Source: Planctomycetota bacterium
GTDB taxonomy: Bacteria > Planctomycetota > UBA8108 > UBA1146 > JAJFFE01
Assembly: GCA_046154185.1 (NCBI GenBank)
Contig: JBJXGE010000068.1
Span: 5,178 to 69,177 of the forward strand
Direction of reading: 5' to 3'
Length of the DNA: 64,000 nt
The translations under genes and the position numbers were made by a program. The notes under the pieces were generated by a model. It worked only from the letters and a program-made list of their open reading frames with translations, did no database searches and was not told the DNA's origin. This document shows, piece by piece, positions 44,336 to 54,817 of this stretch (within the stretch, counting starts at the first letter, position 1; each line of letters opens with the position of its first letter).

Positions 44336-44776
44336 GTGCTCGCATTTTATTTCCTGCTCGCGTTCATCGCGGGCATCGCCGTCGCGATGCAGGGCGTCAC
44401 GAACAACGGCCTGCGCCACGAGATCGGGTTCGGCGCCATGCTGGTCGTCAACACAGCGATCGTGCTCGTCGGCGCGATTGCCGTCGCGCTCGTCGACGGC
44501 AGTTGGTCGCGCCTGAACGGCCGCGTCTTCGCAGTGCCGACCGTGCTCCTCCTCGGCGGCGTCTACGGGCTCACGATGGTGACGATCGCGCCGATCGTCT
44601 TGGCGCGCCTCGGCGCCACGACGGCTTTATCGCTGGTCGTTTTGGGACAACTCGCTTGCGCACTTGCGCTCGACCACACGGGCGCCTTCGCCATCCCGCG
44701 CGCCGCGATTTCGCCGACGCGCGTCGTCGGTGTGATGCTCGTGGTCGCGGGCGTCGCGTTGACGCGCTGGCGGTGA
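44336..44776 (+). CDS. Small DMT-superfamily membrane protein (YdcZ/DUF606-like)
   Basis: GTG 44336 is preceded by GAGGGGAG. About 146 aa with 5 hydrophobic helices, beginning VLAFYFLLAFIAGIAVAMQGVTNNGL. Confidence 0.6.
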   Translation: MLAFYFLLAFIAGIAVAMQGVTNNGLRHEIGFGAMLVVNTAIVLVGAIAVALVDGSWSRLNGRVFAVPTVLLLGGVYGLTMVTIAPIVLARLGATTALSLVVLGQLACALALDHTGAFAIPRAAISPTRVVGVMLVVAGVALTRWR

Positions 44777-44784
44777 GCGAGCCG

Positions 44785-45846
44785 TCACGCGTCGTTCGAG
44801 TCGAGATCTTCAAACAGCGCGTCGACGAAGCTGCGGGGATCGAAGGGCTGTAGGTGGTCGAGGCCTTCGCCGACGCCGATGTATTTCACCGGTACGCCGA
44901 CGGCTTGCAGGATAGGGATGATGACGCCGCCGCGCGCGGTGCCGTCCATTTTGCTCAGGATCAAACCGGTGACGTTGATGACGCGTTTGAACTCTTGCGC
45001 TTGCGTGATCGCGTTTTGGCCGGTCGTCGCATCGAGCACTTGGATCACTTCGTGCGGCGCGTCGGGATAGCGCTTTTGGATCACGCGCGTGATCTTCGCC
45101 AACTGCGCCATCAGGTTTTTCTCGGTGTGCAGCCGCCCGGCGGTATCGATGATCAGCACATCGGCGCCGCGCGCTTCGAGCGCGTCGAGCGCGCGGAACA
45201 CGACCGCCGCCGGATCTTCCTCGGACGTACCCTTGATCATCTCAACGCCGATGCGGTCGCTCCAAATTGCGAGCTGTTCCACCGCCGCGGCGCGGAACGT
45301 ATCGCCAGCCGCGAGGATGACCTTCTTGCCATCATCTGTGAAGCGGCGCGCGAGCTTGGCGATCGAAGTTGTCTTGCCGGTGCCGTTGACTCCAGCGACG
45401 AGCATGATCGTCGGTCCGGTCGCCGCCCATTGAATGGGGCGCGGCTCGCCGAGGCGCGCCACCAAGCGCTCCTTCAGAAAATTCGTGAGTTCATCCTGCT
45501 GGAACTCGCGATCTTTGTACGCGTCGCGCAATTCCTCAGTGAGCGCAAGCGCTGTTTGCGGGCCAAAGTCCGCCTGAATCAGCGTCGTCTCAATCTGCTC
45601 GAGCGCCTCGGCATCGAGCTTGCGTCCAAAACTGAAGATATTCTTGAGCGCTTTGGAGGTCTTGGCGAGTCCGCGCTTGAGAATATCAAAGGCGCTGCGT
45701 TTTTTCGGCGCGGGTTCTGCAGCGGCAGCACGCGGCGACGCCCCGTCCGCGACCGGCTCGGCCACCGGCGAGTTCGCACTCGGCTCGCCGGCTACCGGCT
45801 CGTCGTCATCACTCTTCTTGCGGCCGAACCACTTCGCGAATCCCAT
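44785..45846 (-). CDS. ftsY: Signal recognition particle receptor FtsY
   Basis: GTPase motifs GVNGTGKTTS, DTAGRLH and SKMDGTARGG. The likely start is MGFAKWFGRKK at 45846; the track start 45891 would overlap nusB by 83 nt. Confidence 0.9.
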   Translation of the reverse strand: MGFAKWFGRKKSDDDEPVAGEPSANSPVAEPVADGASPRAAAAEPAPKKRSAFDILKRGLAKTSKALKNIFSFGRKLDAEALEQIETTLIQADFGPQTALALTEELRDAYKDREFQQDELTNFLKERLVARLGEPRPIQWAATGPTIMLVAGVNGTGKTTSIAKLARRFTDDGKKVILAAGDTFRAAAVEQLAIWSDRIGVEMIKGTSEEDPAAVVFRALDALEARGADVLIIDTAGRLHTEKNLMAQLAKITRVIQKRYPDAPHEVIQVLDATTGQNAITQAQEFKRVINVTGLILSKMDGTARGGVIIPILQAVGVPVKYIGVGEGLDHLQPFDPRSFVDALFEDLDSNDA

Positions 45847-46258
45847 CGGCTTCCAGCTTTCGTTCCGAAAGTATGCGATCGAGAATGCCATTCACGAAGG
45901 CGCCCGACTTCTCGGTCGAATAACTCTTGGCGAGTTCGATCGCCTCGTCGAGCACCACGCGCGGCGGCACGTCCGGGAAATAGCACATCTCCGTGGTCGC
46001 GAGGCGCAGCACGGTGCGGTCGACGGCCGACATCCGCTCGAGCCGCCACTTGTCGGCGGCCTTCTTGATGAGCTCGTCGATCTCACTTTCGCGTTCCCAA
46101 TAAGCCTTCAGCAACTTACGACAATACGTGGCGGCGTCGGCGTTTCGCGTCCACTCGCGAATGAGCGCTTCCGCCAGCTGCTGGCCGTCGTCGCGACGTT
46201 GATCCCATTGAAACAGACACTTGAGCGCCAGCTCACGTGCCTCTCTGCGCATGCCCAC
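45809..46258 (-). CDS. nusB: Transcription antitermination factor NusB
   Basis: 149 aa with ARELALKCLFQWD...VDRTVLRLATTEM...VVLDEAIELAK. It lies downstream of ribH, which is the common arrangement in bacteria. Confidence 0.88.
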   Translation of the reverse strand: MGMRREARELALKCLFQWDQRRDDGQQLAEALIREWTRNADAATYCRKLLKAYWERESEIDELIKKAADKWRLERMSAVDRTVLRLATTEMCYFPDVPPRVVLDEAIELAKSYSTEKSGAFVNGILDRILSERKLEADGIREVVRPQEE

Positions 46259-46387
46259 TTGCTTGGTCCTGTTGTCGTCTTAACGCGCACGTTTCTTCGC
46301 CAATGGACCGGCGCTGGTCCATGGGCGACATCAGCCAAATGAGCGATCACGTTGCAGGCCATGAGCGACCATGTGAATCGTGATCGC

Positions 46388-46855
46388 TTAGCCGATGGCT
46401 CGGTAGAGGTTTGCCATCTCGATCGCGGCGAGCGCCGCTTCGGCGCCTTTGTTGCCGGCTTTGCCGCCGGCGCGATCGAGCGCTTGCTCGAGCGAATCGG
46501 TCGTCAACACGCCGAACGTGATCGGCACTTTCGCATCCGCCGCGGCGTCGGCGACGCCGCGCGCGGCCGCTTGGCAGACGTATTCGAAGTGCGGAGTGCC
46601 GCCGCGAATCACGGCGCCGAGTGCGACGACGGCTTGGTAGCGACCGCTCGCGGCGAGTCGCCGCGCCACCGGCGCGAGTTCGAAGGCGCCCGGCACGTAG
46701 GCGCGATCGATGCCGTCGGGATCGACCCCATGGCGCACGAGCGCATCGACCGCGCCCGCGAGGAGCCGGTCGCCGACGACCGAGTTGAATCGCGCCACCA
46801 CAAGCGCGACCTTGAGTCCCTTACCAGAGAGTTGTCCTTCAAAGGTCGTCGCCAT
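46388..46855 (-). CDS. ribH: 6,7-dimethyl-8-ribityllumazine synthase
   Basis: 155 aa with [21 protein letters not shown]...VPGAFELA...[18 protein letters not shown]. Confidence 0.92.
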   Translation of the reverse strand: MATTFEGQLSGKGLKVALVVARFNSVVGDRLLAGAVDALVRHGVDPDGIDRAYVPGAFELAPVARRLAASGRYQAVVALGAVIRGGTPHFEYVCQAAARGVADAAADAKVPITFGVLTTDSLEQALDRAGGKAGNKGAEAALAAIEMANLYRAIG

Positions 46856-46916
46856 CTCGTCGCTTTCTTGGATTCAGTCAGGAAACCGGGCCGCAGAGTG
46901 TACCGTGGCGGAGCAC

Positions 46917-48479
46917 CTATTCCCACTCAATGGTGGCCGGCGGCTTCGAGGAAATGTCGAGCACAACGCGGTTAATGCCTTTGACCTCATTGACGATGCG
47001 ATTGGCGATGTTCTGCAGAATCGTCTGCGGCAAATAGACCCAGTCGGCGGTCATGCCGTCGCTCGATTCGACCATGCGCAGCGCGACGACGTTTTCGTAT
47101 GTGCGTTGATCACCTTGCACGCCGACCGTTTGCACCGGCAACAGCACCGCGAAACTCTGCCACAGGCGCCGGTAGTCGGTGTACTCGCGGAGTTCCTCTT
47201 GCACGACTTGGTCGGCGCGTCGCAACACCTCGAGGCGCGGCGCCGTGACCTCGCCGATGATCCGGATCGCGAGGCCGGGGCCCGGAAACGGCTGCCGGCT
47301 GATGATTTCGTCGGGCAGCCCCAGCTCGCGTCCCATACGCCGCGCCTCGTCTTTGAACAAGTAACGCAACGGTTCCACCAATTCGAAGCCGAGGTCCTTC
47401 GGCAATCCGCCGACATTGTGATGCGTCTTGATCGTCACCGACGGTCCGTCTTTGAACGGCGAGTGGCTCTCGATGACATCCGGGTAGAGCGTGCCCTGTG
47501 CCAGAAAGCGCGCGCCCGGGATATCCGCCGCGGCGCGCCGAAACTCTTCGATGAATTGGTGACCGATCTTGATGCGCTTTTGCTCGGGATCCGTGACTCC
47601 CGCGAGCGCCGCCAAAAAACGCTGCGACGCATCGATGCGGCGAAAGTCGAGACCGAAGCGCTGTCGAAAAGTGTTTTCGACCTGGTCCGCTTCGCCGGCC
47701 CGCAACACGCCGTTATCGATGAAGAAGCAGGTCAATCGATTGCCGATGGCGCGACTCGCGAGGAGCGCCACTACTGACGAATCGACACCGCCCGAAAGCG
47801 CGCACACGACACGACCCTCGGTGCCAACTTTGGCGCGGATCTCGGCGATGCTGCGCTCGATGTAATCGCCGATCTCCCAGTCGCCCGTGAATCGACAGAC
47901 GCGGTACAAGAAATTATTGATGATCTTGCCGTCGTCTTTGGTGTGCGTGACTTCAGGGTGAAACTGCAGGCCATAAAAATTACCGGACTTTTGGCGCACG
48001 ACCGCGAGTGGGCTGTTGCGCGTGTGGGCCAGCGTCTGAAAACTATCCGCGACCTTCGTGACTTGATCGCCGTGGCTCATCCACACTTGAATTTTCGCCG
48101 GGAGGCCGTGAAAGAGCGGATCCTTGTCGACATCGATGTAGAGGGGCGCATGTCCATACTCGCGCTCTTCGGACGGCACCACCGTGCCGCCGAGAACTTG
48201 GCAACCGAGCTGCATGCCATAGCAGATGCCGAGCACGGGCACTCCGAGTTGCAGAATTTCCGGATCGAGCGTGGGCGCGCCGGTCTCGTACGTGCCGCAC
48301 GGACCGCCCGACAGAATCACGCCCTTGAGCGCGCGCCCTCGCAAATCCGCTGCGCGCGTCCGATGCGGCAAGATCTCGCAATAGACGCGGTTTTCACGGA
48401 CGCGACGCGCGATGAGTTGGCTGTACTGCGAGCCGTAGTCGATGATGGCGCAGAATTCGTTGGCCTTGGCGTCGGACAT
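46917..48479 (-). CDS. guaA: GMP synthase (glutamine-hydrolysing)
   Basis: GATase motifs ILSGGP and GICYGMQ. ATP-PPase P-loop SGGVDSSV. C-terminal dimerisation domain ending PPATIEWE. Confidence 0.95.
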   Translation of the reverse strand: MSDAKANEFCAIIDYGSQYSQLIARRVRENRVYCEILPHRTRAADLRGRALKGVILSGGPCGTYETGAPTLDPEILQLGVPVLGICYGMQLGCQVLGGTVVPSEEREYGHAPLYIDVDKDPLFHGLPAKIQVWMSHGDQVTKVADSFQTLAHTRNSPLAVVRQKSGNFYGLQFHPEVTHTKDDGKIINNFLYRVCRFTGDWEIGDYIERSIAEIRAKVGTEGRVVCALSGGVDSSVVALLASRAIGNRLTCFFIDNGVLRAGEADQVENTFRQRFGLDFRRIDASQRFLAALAGVTDPEQKRIKIGHQFIEEFRRAAADIPGARFLAQGTLYPDVIESHSPFKDGPSVTIKTHHNVGGLPKDLGFELVEPLRYLFKDEARRMGRELGLPDEIISRQPFPGPGLAIRIIGEVTAPRLEVLRRADQVVQEELREYTDYRRLWQSFAVLLPVQTVGVQGDQRTYENVVALRMVESSDGMTADWVYLPQTILQNIANRIVNEVKGINRVVLDISSKPPATIEWE

Positions 48480-48595
48480 CGAGCCTCGTCTTTCTCAAAG
48501 ATCCGGCGCGCCATTCTGCGCGCCCACCGAACTCATCCCACACCGACACGGCCGGCTCAAGACGTGCGCAGGATCCTATTGCGCAACACTCGCGT

Positions 48596-50116
48596 TCACT
48601 GCCCGGCCGGCTTCTCACGCTTTCCCATACTCGGACGCTCGTACGAATAAAGCCCGTGTATTCCGCCTTCGCGCTGTGCCGACCCGGTCCGCAACTCGAA
48701 CTTGAGCTGGTCCGCATAGAGCGCGCGGTGCAGCGCCGGAACATCGCGTACACCGATGTCTTGGAACGAATGCCGCAAGCCCTGCGTCAAATACGGGATC
48801 AAATTCCGCACGGAGCCTTTGTCGACGACGAATCCCGAGACGCCTTGCGCGACGCGAATCTGCTCCGTGTCGGCAAAGTAACGTTTGCCGCCGCCCGCTT
48901 CCATCGCTTCGATTGACGCCATGCCGCGATAACGTTTGAGTCGCACGCCGTTTTGATAGTAGTAGTCGCCGGGCGCTTCGCTCGTGCCGGCAAACATGCG
49001 TCCCATCATCACCGCGCTCGCACCGAGCGCGAGCGCCTTGACGATGTCGCCGATGTCGCCGAGTCCGCCGTCCGCGATGACCGGCACACCGGCTTCGTTG
49101 CAGTGGAGCGCACAGTGGTAGACGGCGGCGGCTTGGCCACGCCCGACCGCCATGGTTTCTTGCGTCGTGCAAATCGATCCGGGCCCCATGCCGACGCGGA
49201 TGGCGTCGGCGCCGGCCGCGATCAGCGATTGGCATTGGCGCTGCGTGACGACGTTACCCGCGATCAACTGCAAGTGCGGATGCGCCCGCTTTACGTACTT
49301 GAGCATCTCGATCTGATAGATCGAGTCGCCTTGCGCCGCATCGATGACGAGCACGTCGACGCCGGCTTGCACCAGCGCTTCGAGCCGATCGCGATCTTCA
49401 TTGCGCGTCGACAGCGCGGCACCCGCGATGAGTTGCCGCGAGTTGCTCTTCACCGACTCGGGATAGTCGCGACTCTTCTTGATGTCGGTACGTGAGACCA
49501 GCGCCCACAGCCGGCCTTCCTCGTCGAGAATCGGCAGCTTGCCCTTTTTGGCGTTCTTGAGGATCTCATTCGCTTCGCGCAGCGAGATGCCGCGGCGCGC
49601 CGTGACGAGTTGCGTCGTCATGACGTCCCGCAGCGGCCGATCGAGGTTTTTTTCGAAGTCGATGTCGCGATTCGTGACGATACCGATGAGCTTGCCCTTG
49701 GCGTCGCCGGTGTCGGTCACGGGAATTCCCGAGTAGCCGTGCTTCTCTTTGACGGCGAGCAAGTCGCGCACGGTATTGGTCGGGCCGAGCACCATCGGGT
49801 CCATAATGAACCCATTCTCGAACCGCTTCACCCTGCGCACGAGCGTCGCTTGCTCGTCGATGGAGTTGTTGTAGTGGATGAAGCCGATCCCGCCGAGAAG
49901 CGCCAAATGGATCGCCATTTCGGCTTCCGTCACCGTGTCCATCGGCGACGAAGTGAGCGGGTTGTTGAGTGTGATCTCGCGCGTGAGCTTAGTTTTGAGT
50001 GAGACGTCCTGCAGCGAGAAGTCGATATGACCCGGCAGAATGATGATGTCGTCGTAGCTCAAACTCTGCCGAGCCTGAAAAAGCTCGCGGGCGGTGACGC
50101 CATCCATGATTGCCAC
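48596..50116 (-). CDS. guaB: IMP dehydrogenase (with CBS pair)
   Basis: Catalytic loop [12 protein letters not shown], then VIADGG and GASAVMMG, with a CBS-pair insert. See the findings for its eukaryote-type N- and C-terminal signatures. Confidence 0.95.
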   Translation of the reverse strand: MAIMDGVTARELFQARQSLSYDDIIILPGHIDFSLQDVSLKTKLTREITLNNPLTSSPMDTVTEAEMAIHLALLGGIGFIHYNNSIDEQATLVRRVKRFENGFIMDPMVLGPTNTVRDLLAVKEKHGYSGIPVTDTGDAKGKLIGIVTNRDIDFEKNLDRPLRDVMTTQLVTARRGISLREANEILKNAKKGKLPILDEEGRLWALVSRTDIKKSRDYPESVKSNSRQLIAGAALSTRNEDRDRLEALVQAGVDVLVIDAAQGDSIYQIEMLKYVKRAHPHLQLIAGNVVTQRQCQSLIAAGADAIRVGMGPGSICTTQETMAVGRGQAAAVYHCALHCNEAGVPVIADGGLGDIGDIVKALALGASAVMMGRMFAGTSEAPGDYYYQNGVRLKRYRGMASIEAMEAGGGKRYFADTEQIRVAQGVSGFVVDKGSVRNLIPYLTQGLRHSFQDIGVRDVPALHRALYADQLKFELRTGSAQREGGIHGLYSYERPSMGKREKPAGQ

Positions 50117-50537
50117 CCCTCTTCAGGTCAGACATTTCAAATCGAGTGCAGTCTACTCGACGACTGCCGGCGATCAGGACGGCGCGCCTAGTGGAGATGC
50201 GAAACTCGGTCGATTGTGGCATCGACGTCGAATTTCGTCAGGTCGAAAGCAAGCGGGTCGCCGGCAAGGAAAGGCAAAATCATAGAAAGGTCGGGTTGGA
50301 TGTCAAGGCAGCGGCTGCGACAACGGGTATCTGCATCTCCTCGATCCGCACGTTTTCTTCACGCCAGCGGGCGGGTATGCTCTGCAAGCTTGGACCCCGA
50401 CCCCTGGAATGGACCGACGCGCGGCCGAATCCGCGCGTGCCTACGAACTTCGTTCGCAGTCGAGCGCACCTGCCGTGTCAGCTTTCGCTGTGCGGTGCGG
50501 TGGGCCCGCTCTCCTACCAAATGCCGAGAGGATTGGA

Positions 50538-51578
50538 ATGGCCTTCGCCTCCGAACGCGACCCCCGACCCGCGCCCGAGATCACTTCCGCCGACGATCTC
50601 GAGTTTGAGCGCATCCAATCCGCGGCGCGGAAGCTCCGCGAGCAACTCGGCCTCGTCATCGTCGGGCAAGAAGAGGTGATCGAGCAGTTACTCGCGTCGC
50701 TGTTCGCCGGGGGCCACTCGTTGCTCGTCGGCGTCCCCGGGTTGGCGAAGACGCTCATGATCAGCACGCTGGCGCGCACGCTTTCGCTGAGCTTCTCCCG
50801 GATTCAATTCACACCGGATCTCATGCCCTCCGATATCACCGGCACCGAGGTGATTCAGGATGATCGCGCGACCGGCGAACGCCGTTTTCAATTCCTCAAA
50901 GGCCCGATCTTCGCGAACGTGATTCTTGCCGACGAGATCAATCGCACGCCGCCGAAGACGCAAGCGGCGTTGCTGGAAGCCATGCAGGAGAAGCAAGTGA
51001 CGGTCGGTGGCCATAAGCACGTGTTGGCCGCGCCGTTCTTCGTGCTCGCGACGCAGAACCCGATCGAACAAGAAGGCACGTACCCGTTGCCCGAAGCGCA
51101 ACTCGACCGCTTCATGTTCAATATTCGCGTCGGCTATCCGAGCGCGGACGAAGAACTTCGCATCATGAAGCAAACCACGAGCGGTCAGACTTCGGAGTTG
51201 ACGAGCGTGCTCGATGGCGCCGAGATCTTGCGACTCCAGCAGCTCGTGCGCCGCGTGCCGGTCGCCGACGAAGTCATCCGTTACGCGCTGCGCCTGACGC
51301 GGGCGACGCGGGTCAGTACTGCCGAGGCGTTGGCGAGCGTGCGCGAGCACATTTCGTGGGGTGCCGGGCCGCGCGCAGGCCAATACTTGATTCTCGGCGC
51401 GAAGGCGCGCGCGATTCTCGAGGGTCGTTCGCACGTGAGCTACGACGATGTGCGCCACGTCGCGCACCCGGTGCTGCGCCACCGAATTCTCACGAATTTC
51501 GCCGCGGAAGCGGAGGGCGTCACGTCCGACTCCGTCATCACTCGACTGCTGGAGGAAATCCCAGTCCATGGCAGTTGA
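50538..51578 (+). CDS. MoxR-family AAA+ ATPase
   Basis: The start ATG 50538 gives MAFASERD; the track ORF 50409 is over-extended. Walker A GVPGLAKT and Walker B region [22 protein letters not shown]. Confidence 0.9.
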   Translation: MAFASERDPRPAPEITSADDLEFERIQSAARKLREQLGLVIVGQEEVIEQLLASLFAGGHSLLVGVPGLAKTLMISTLARTLSLSFSRIQFTPDLMPSDITGTEVIQDDRATGERRFQFLKGPIFANVILADEINRTPPKTQAALLEAMQEKQVTVGGHKHVLAAPFFVLATQNPIEQEGTYPLPEAQLDRFMFNIRVGYPSADEELRIMKQTTSGQTSELTSVLDGAEILRLQQLVRRVPVADEVIRYALRLTRATRVSTAEALASVREHISWGAGPRAGQYLILGAKARAILEGRSHVSYDDVRHVAHPVLRHRILTNFAAEAEGVTSDSVITRLLEEIPVHGS

Positions 51579-52470
51579 TAACGCGAGCCGATATCTCGAT
51601 CCGCGCGAGCTTTCGAAAGTGGCGCGGCTCGAGATTCGCGCGCGGTTAGTGGTCGAGGGATTCATCTCGGGTCTTCACCGCAGCCCGTATCACGGCGCCA
51701 GCGTCGAGTTCGCGGAGTACCGCGAATACGTGCCGGGCGACGACATTCGACACATCGACTGGAAGGTCTATGGTCGGTCGGACCGCTACTACATCAAGCG
51801 GTACGAGGAAGAGACGAATCTGCGCACCGTGATCGTGCTCGACGCGAGCGAGTCGATGACATTCGGCTCGCACGAAATGTCAAAGCTCGAGTACGGCCGC
51901 ACGCTGGCGGCGGCGCTCGCTTTCTTGGTGCTCAAGCAACGCGACGCGGTCGGCGCGTTCGTGTTCGATCGCGAAGTGCGGCACGCCGTGCAAGTCGCTT
52001 CCAATCCATCGCACTTGCGCGAGCTGGTCGGCGTGCTCGCGGCCGCGCCGGGGCAAGACGCGACCGATCTCGGCGAGGTGCTGGCGCGCGTTGGCGATCG
52101 CTTGCAGCGCAAGAGTCTCGTCGTGCTGATTAGCGACTTATTCGATGACGTGAGTCGAGTGGAATTCGGTCTCCGTCGGCTGCGGCACGATGGGCATCAA
52201 GTGCTCGTCTATCACCTCATGGATCCGCAGGAACTAAGTTTTCCGTTTCAACGCATGACGATGTTCGAGGGTATGGAGGGATACGACGACTTGCTCGTCA
52301 ATCCGCAATCGTTGCGCGAGGCATACCTGGCCGAAGTCGAGACCTTCCGCACGCAGGTCAAGAAGAGCTGTCGCAACAATCTCGTCGACTACTGCTCGGT
52401 CGATACATCGAATGCGTTCGATGTCGTGCTACGCGAGTCGCTCGCGGTTACGGCGAGGAGGCGCCGATGA
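51568..52470 (+). CDS. DUF58-family protein (vWA-like partner of MoxR)
   Basis: The start ATG 51568 overlaps the end of moxR by 11 nt. The signature is [46 protein letters not shown]. Confidence 0.88.
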   Translation: MAVDNASRYLDPRELSKVARLEIRARLVVEGFISGLHRSPYHGASVEFAEYREYVPGDDIRHIDWKVYGRSDRYYIKRYEEETNLRTVIVLDASESMTFGSHEMSKLEYGRTLAAALAFLVLKQRDAVGAFVFDREVRHAVQVASNPSHLRELVGVLAAAPGQDATDLGEVLARVGDRLQRKSLVVLISDLFDDVSRVEFGLRRLRHDGHQVLVYHLMDPQELSFPFQRMTMFEGMEGYDDLLVNPQSLREAYLAEVETFRTQVKKSCRNNLVDYCSVDTSNAFDVVLRESLAVTARRRR

Positions 52471-54788
52471 GTCTGTCATGGCTCGGCGCAGGATCCATCG
52501 CGAACGCGGCGCCGTTCGCCCCGACTTTGCTCGAATTCGGCTTTATCAATGCCGCGCTTGCGCCGTTTCTCGCGCTGACTTCAGTGCCGTTGATCATCTA
52601 CTTGATCAATCGGCAGCGCTATCGCCGCGTGCACTGGGCCGCGATGGAATTCCTGCTGCGCGCGATGCACAAGAATCGCCGGCGGGTGCGGCTCGAGAAT
52701 CTGCTGATGCTCATCGTTCGTACGTTGGTCGTGCTACTCTTTGTGCTCGGCATGATGCGACCGCTCATGGACTCGGGTGTGATCGCCGACTTGGGCGGCG
52801 GCCGGCGCGCCGAAATGACGATCATCGACGCGTCGTACAGCATGGGCTATCGCGAAGCCGGCCGTAGCTTGCTCACCGAGGCGACCGAGCTCGCGCGGAT
52901 GCGCATCGATCAAACGGTGCGGCAAGGCGATGTCCTCGGACTTTTCGTCGCCGGTGGTTTTCCCGAGAGCCTCCTCAACTCACCTTATTACTACAGCGAT
53001 GCCGGCCGCGGTCGTGAGTACATCGATTTGCTCCAACGCATTGATCTCGTCTACGAAGCTTTCGATGTTCCGGCCACGCTGGAGGCCGTCGCGGCCTGGA
53101 TCACGGAAAAGGGCGCGGAGGGCGGCGCCGCGTGGGAGATTCATCTCTATACCGATCTACAGCGGCGCGATTGGTTGGAGCCGGATGGCGCGCTGCGCTC
53201 CGGCGTGCGCGAGGCGCTTGACCGCTTGACCCAACTGCGGACGGTCATTTTTCTCCATGTGCTCGGTCCCGACCGCACGCGGAACGCAACGGTCGCGAAG
53301 CTCGAGGGGCTCAATCCACTCGTCGCCGTCGACATGCCGACTTCGTTTCAAGTCACGGTGCAAAATGGTGGCCGCGAAACGCTCGCGGGGCTCGAACTCG
53401 AGTTGCTCGTCGACGGCGAATTGCGCGGTTCGCGCACGGTGCAGCTCGAGCCGCAGGCGACGGTGCAGGTGTCGTTCCCCTACGTGTTTCGCGCCGTCGG
53501 CGAGGCGCGTGTGCAGGTGCAATTGCGTTCTGATGATCTCGAAGAAGACAACAGTCGCGCGCGCGTGATCGAAGTGCGCGAGTCCGTGCGAGTTTTTCTT
53601 GCCGACGGCGGCGGTCCCGACAGCGAAGACGTGGATTTCCTGACGGCAGCGCTCGAGCCGGAATCGAGCGAGTTCGGCGGGGTACGGCTCACGCCGTATC
53701 GCCTCGACGTGATCAGCGCGGACCGCTTGCTGAACGCGACGCTGACGGAAGCCGAAGTGTTGATCATCACGAACGTCGCTAGCCTTAGTCCGGCCGAGAG
53801 CGACGCGATCGGCGCGTTCGTCGCGCGCGGTGGCGGCGTGTTGCTCTTCCTTGGGGAACGCGTGCAGGCAGATAACTATCGTGAACACGCTTATCGCGAC
53901 GGGACGTATTGGTTGCCCTTCGCGCCTGGCGCGGCGCTGGTCCATGACGCGAGCAAATTCACATTCGGCTGGGAGATCGTCGCGCGGACGCATCCCGCGT
54001 TCGCGTTTTTGGCCGAGAATCCCGATGCCGGCATCGGCGATGTCGCGATTCACGGTTACTGGAAACCGGCGGTCTCGCCGCCCGACGATGCCGTGTTGGT
54101 GCGCGTCAAGGACTTTGATCGGACGCCGGCGGTCGTCGAAGGACGCTACCAAGATGGTCGCGTGCTGGTCGTCAACATGGGCGCCGATCGAACGTGGAGC
54201 AACATGCCCGTGTCGCCCGCCTACCTGTGTCTGATCCAGGAAGCGTTACCCTACTTGTCGGCCGCGCGCGCCGCGTCGCGCAATCTGTCGATCGGCGAGC
54301 GCTACGAGCGCGTGATTCCTTCCGAAGAGTACGCGCCGCAGGTGCTCTTGTTTCGACCCGGCGGCACTGGACTCCCGCTCGAACTCAACCCACGCGCCGA
54401 CCAGAAATCCTTTGATTTGCGCGTGCCGGCGCAACGTCAGCCCGGACTTTATGAGCTGCGCTTCGGCGGCCGCGCGGGCGCGGACGGCGCGACCGAGTCG
54501 CGTTGGCTCGCGTTCAATGCGGATCCCGCGGAAGGTCAACTCGAGCGCATTCCTCAGCAGGAGCTTGCCGATTTGTTGCCGCAACTCAAGTTCGCCGATT
54601 CGAGCCGCGAGGCGGGTGACAGCCCGGCGAAGAGCGCGCCGAGCGGCGAATTGTGGCGCTTGATTTTTTACACGGTGTTAGGGCTGCTCGTTACCGAGAG
54701 CGTCCTTGCGCGATACTTTTCGGGTCGATCAGCGGCGCGCGCGCCACTTGCGGAGGGAGTCGCCAATGAGCGATCACGCCGACCATAA
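52467..54788 (+). CDS. BatA-N-terminal double-TM / vWA domain membrane protein
   Basis: ATGA overlap. The N-terminus FINAALAPFLALTSVPLIIYLINRQRYRRVHWAAMEFLL is of the aerotolerance-regulator N-terminal type. MIDAS-like IIDASYSM, a GATase1-like block VLIITNVASL...GGGVLLFLGE, and a C-terminal TM helix. Confidence 0.75.
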   Translation: MSLSWLGAGSIANAAPFAPTLLEFGFINAALAPFLALTSVPLIIYLINRQRYRRVHWAAMEFLLRAMHKNRRRVRLENLLMLIVRTLVVLLFVLGMMRPLMDSGVIADLGGGRRAEMTIIDASYSMGYREAGRSLLTEATELARMRIDQTVRQGDVLGLFVAGGFPESLLNSPYYYSDAGRGREYIDLLQRIDLVYEAFDVPATLEAVAAWITEKGAEGGAAWEIHLYTDLQRRDWLEPDGALRSGVREALDRLTQLRTVIFLHVLGPDRTRNATVAKLEGLNPLVAVDMPTSFQVTVQNGGRETLAGLELELLVDGELRGSRTVQLEPQATVQVSFPYVFRAVGEARVQVQLRSDDLEEDNSRARVIEVRESVRVFLADGGGPDSEDVDFLTAALEPESSEFGGVRLTPYRLDVISADRLLNATLTEAEVLIITNVASLSPAESDAIGAFVARGGGVLLFLGERVQADNYREHAYRDGTYWLPFAPGAALVHDASKFTFGWEIVARTHPAFAFLAENPDAGIGDVAIHGYWKPAVSPPDDAVLVRVKDFDRTPAVVEGRYQDGRVLVVNMGADRTWSNMPVSPAYLCLIQEALPYLSAARAASRNLSIGERYERVIPSEEYAPQVLLFRPGGTGLPLELNPRADQKSFDLRVPAQRQPGLYELRFGGRAGADGATESRWLAFNADPAEGQLERIPQQELADLLPQLKFADSSREAGDSPAKSAPSGELWRLIFYTVLGLLVTESVLARYFSGRSAARAPLAEGVANERSRRP

Positions 54789-54817
54789 GTGGATCGACGA
54801 GTGCGAAGGAGCCGAGC

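Noticed and set aside
45809-45891. 83-nt overlap between ftsY (track start 45891) and nusB
   Set aside because: It probably comes from an over-called ftsY start. Using MGFAKWFGRKK (45846) reduces the overlap to 38 nt. I see no evidence of a frameshift or fusion.
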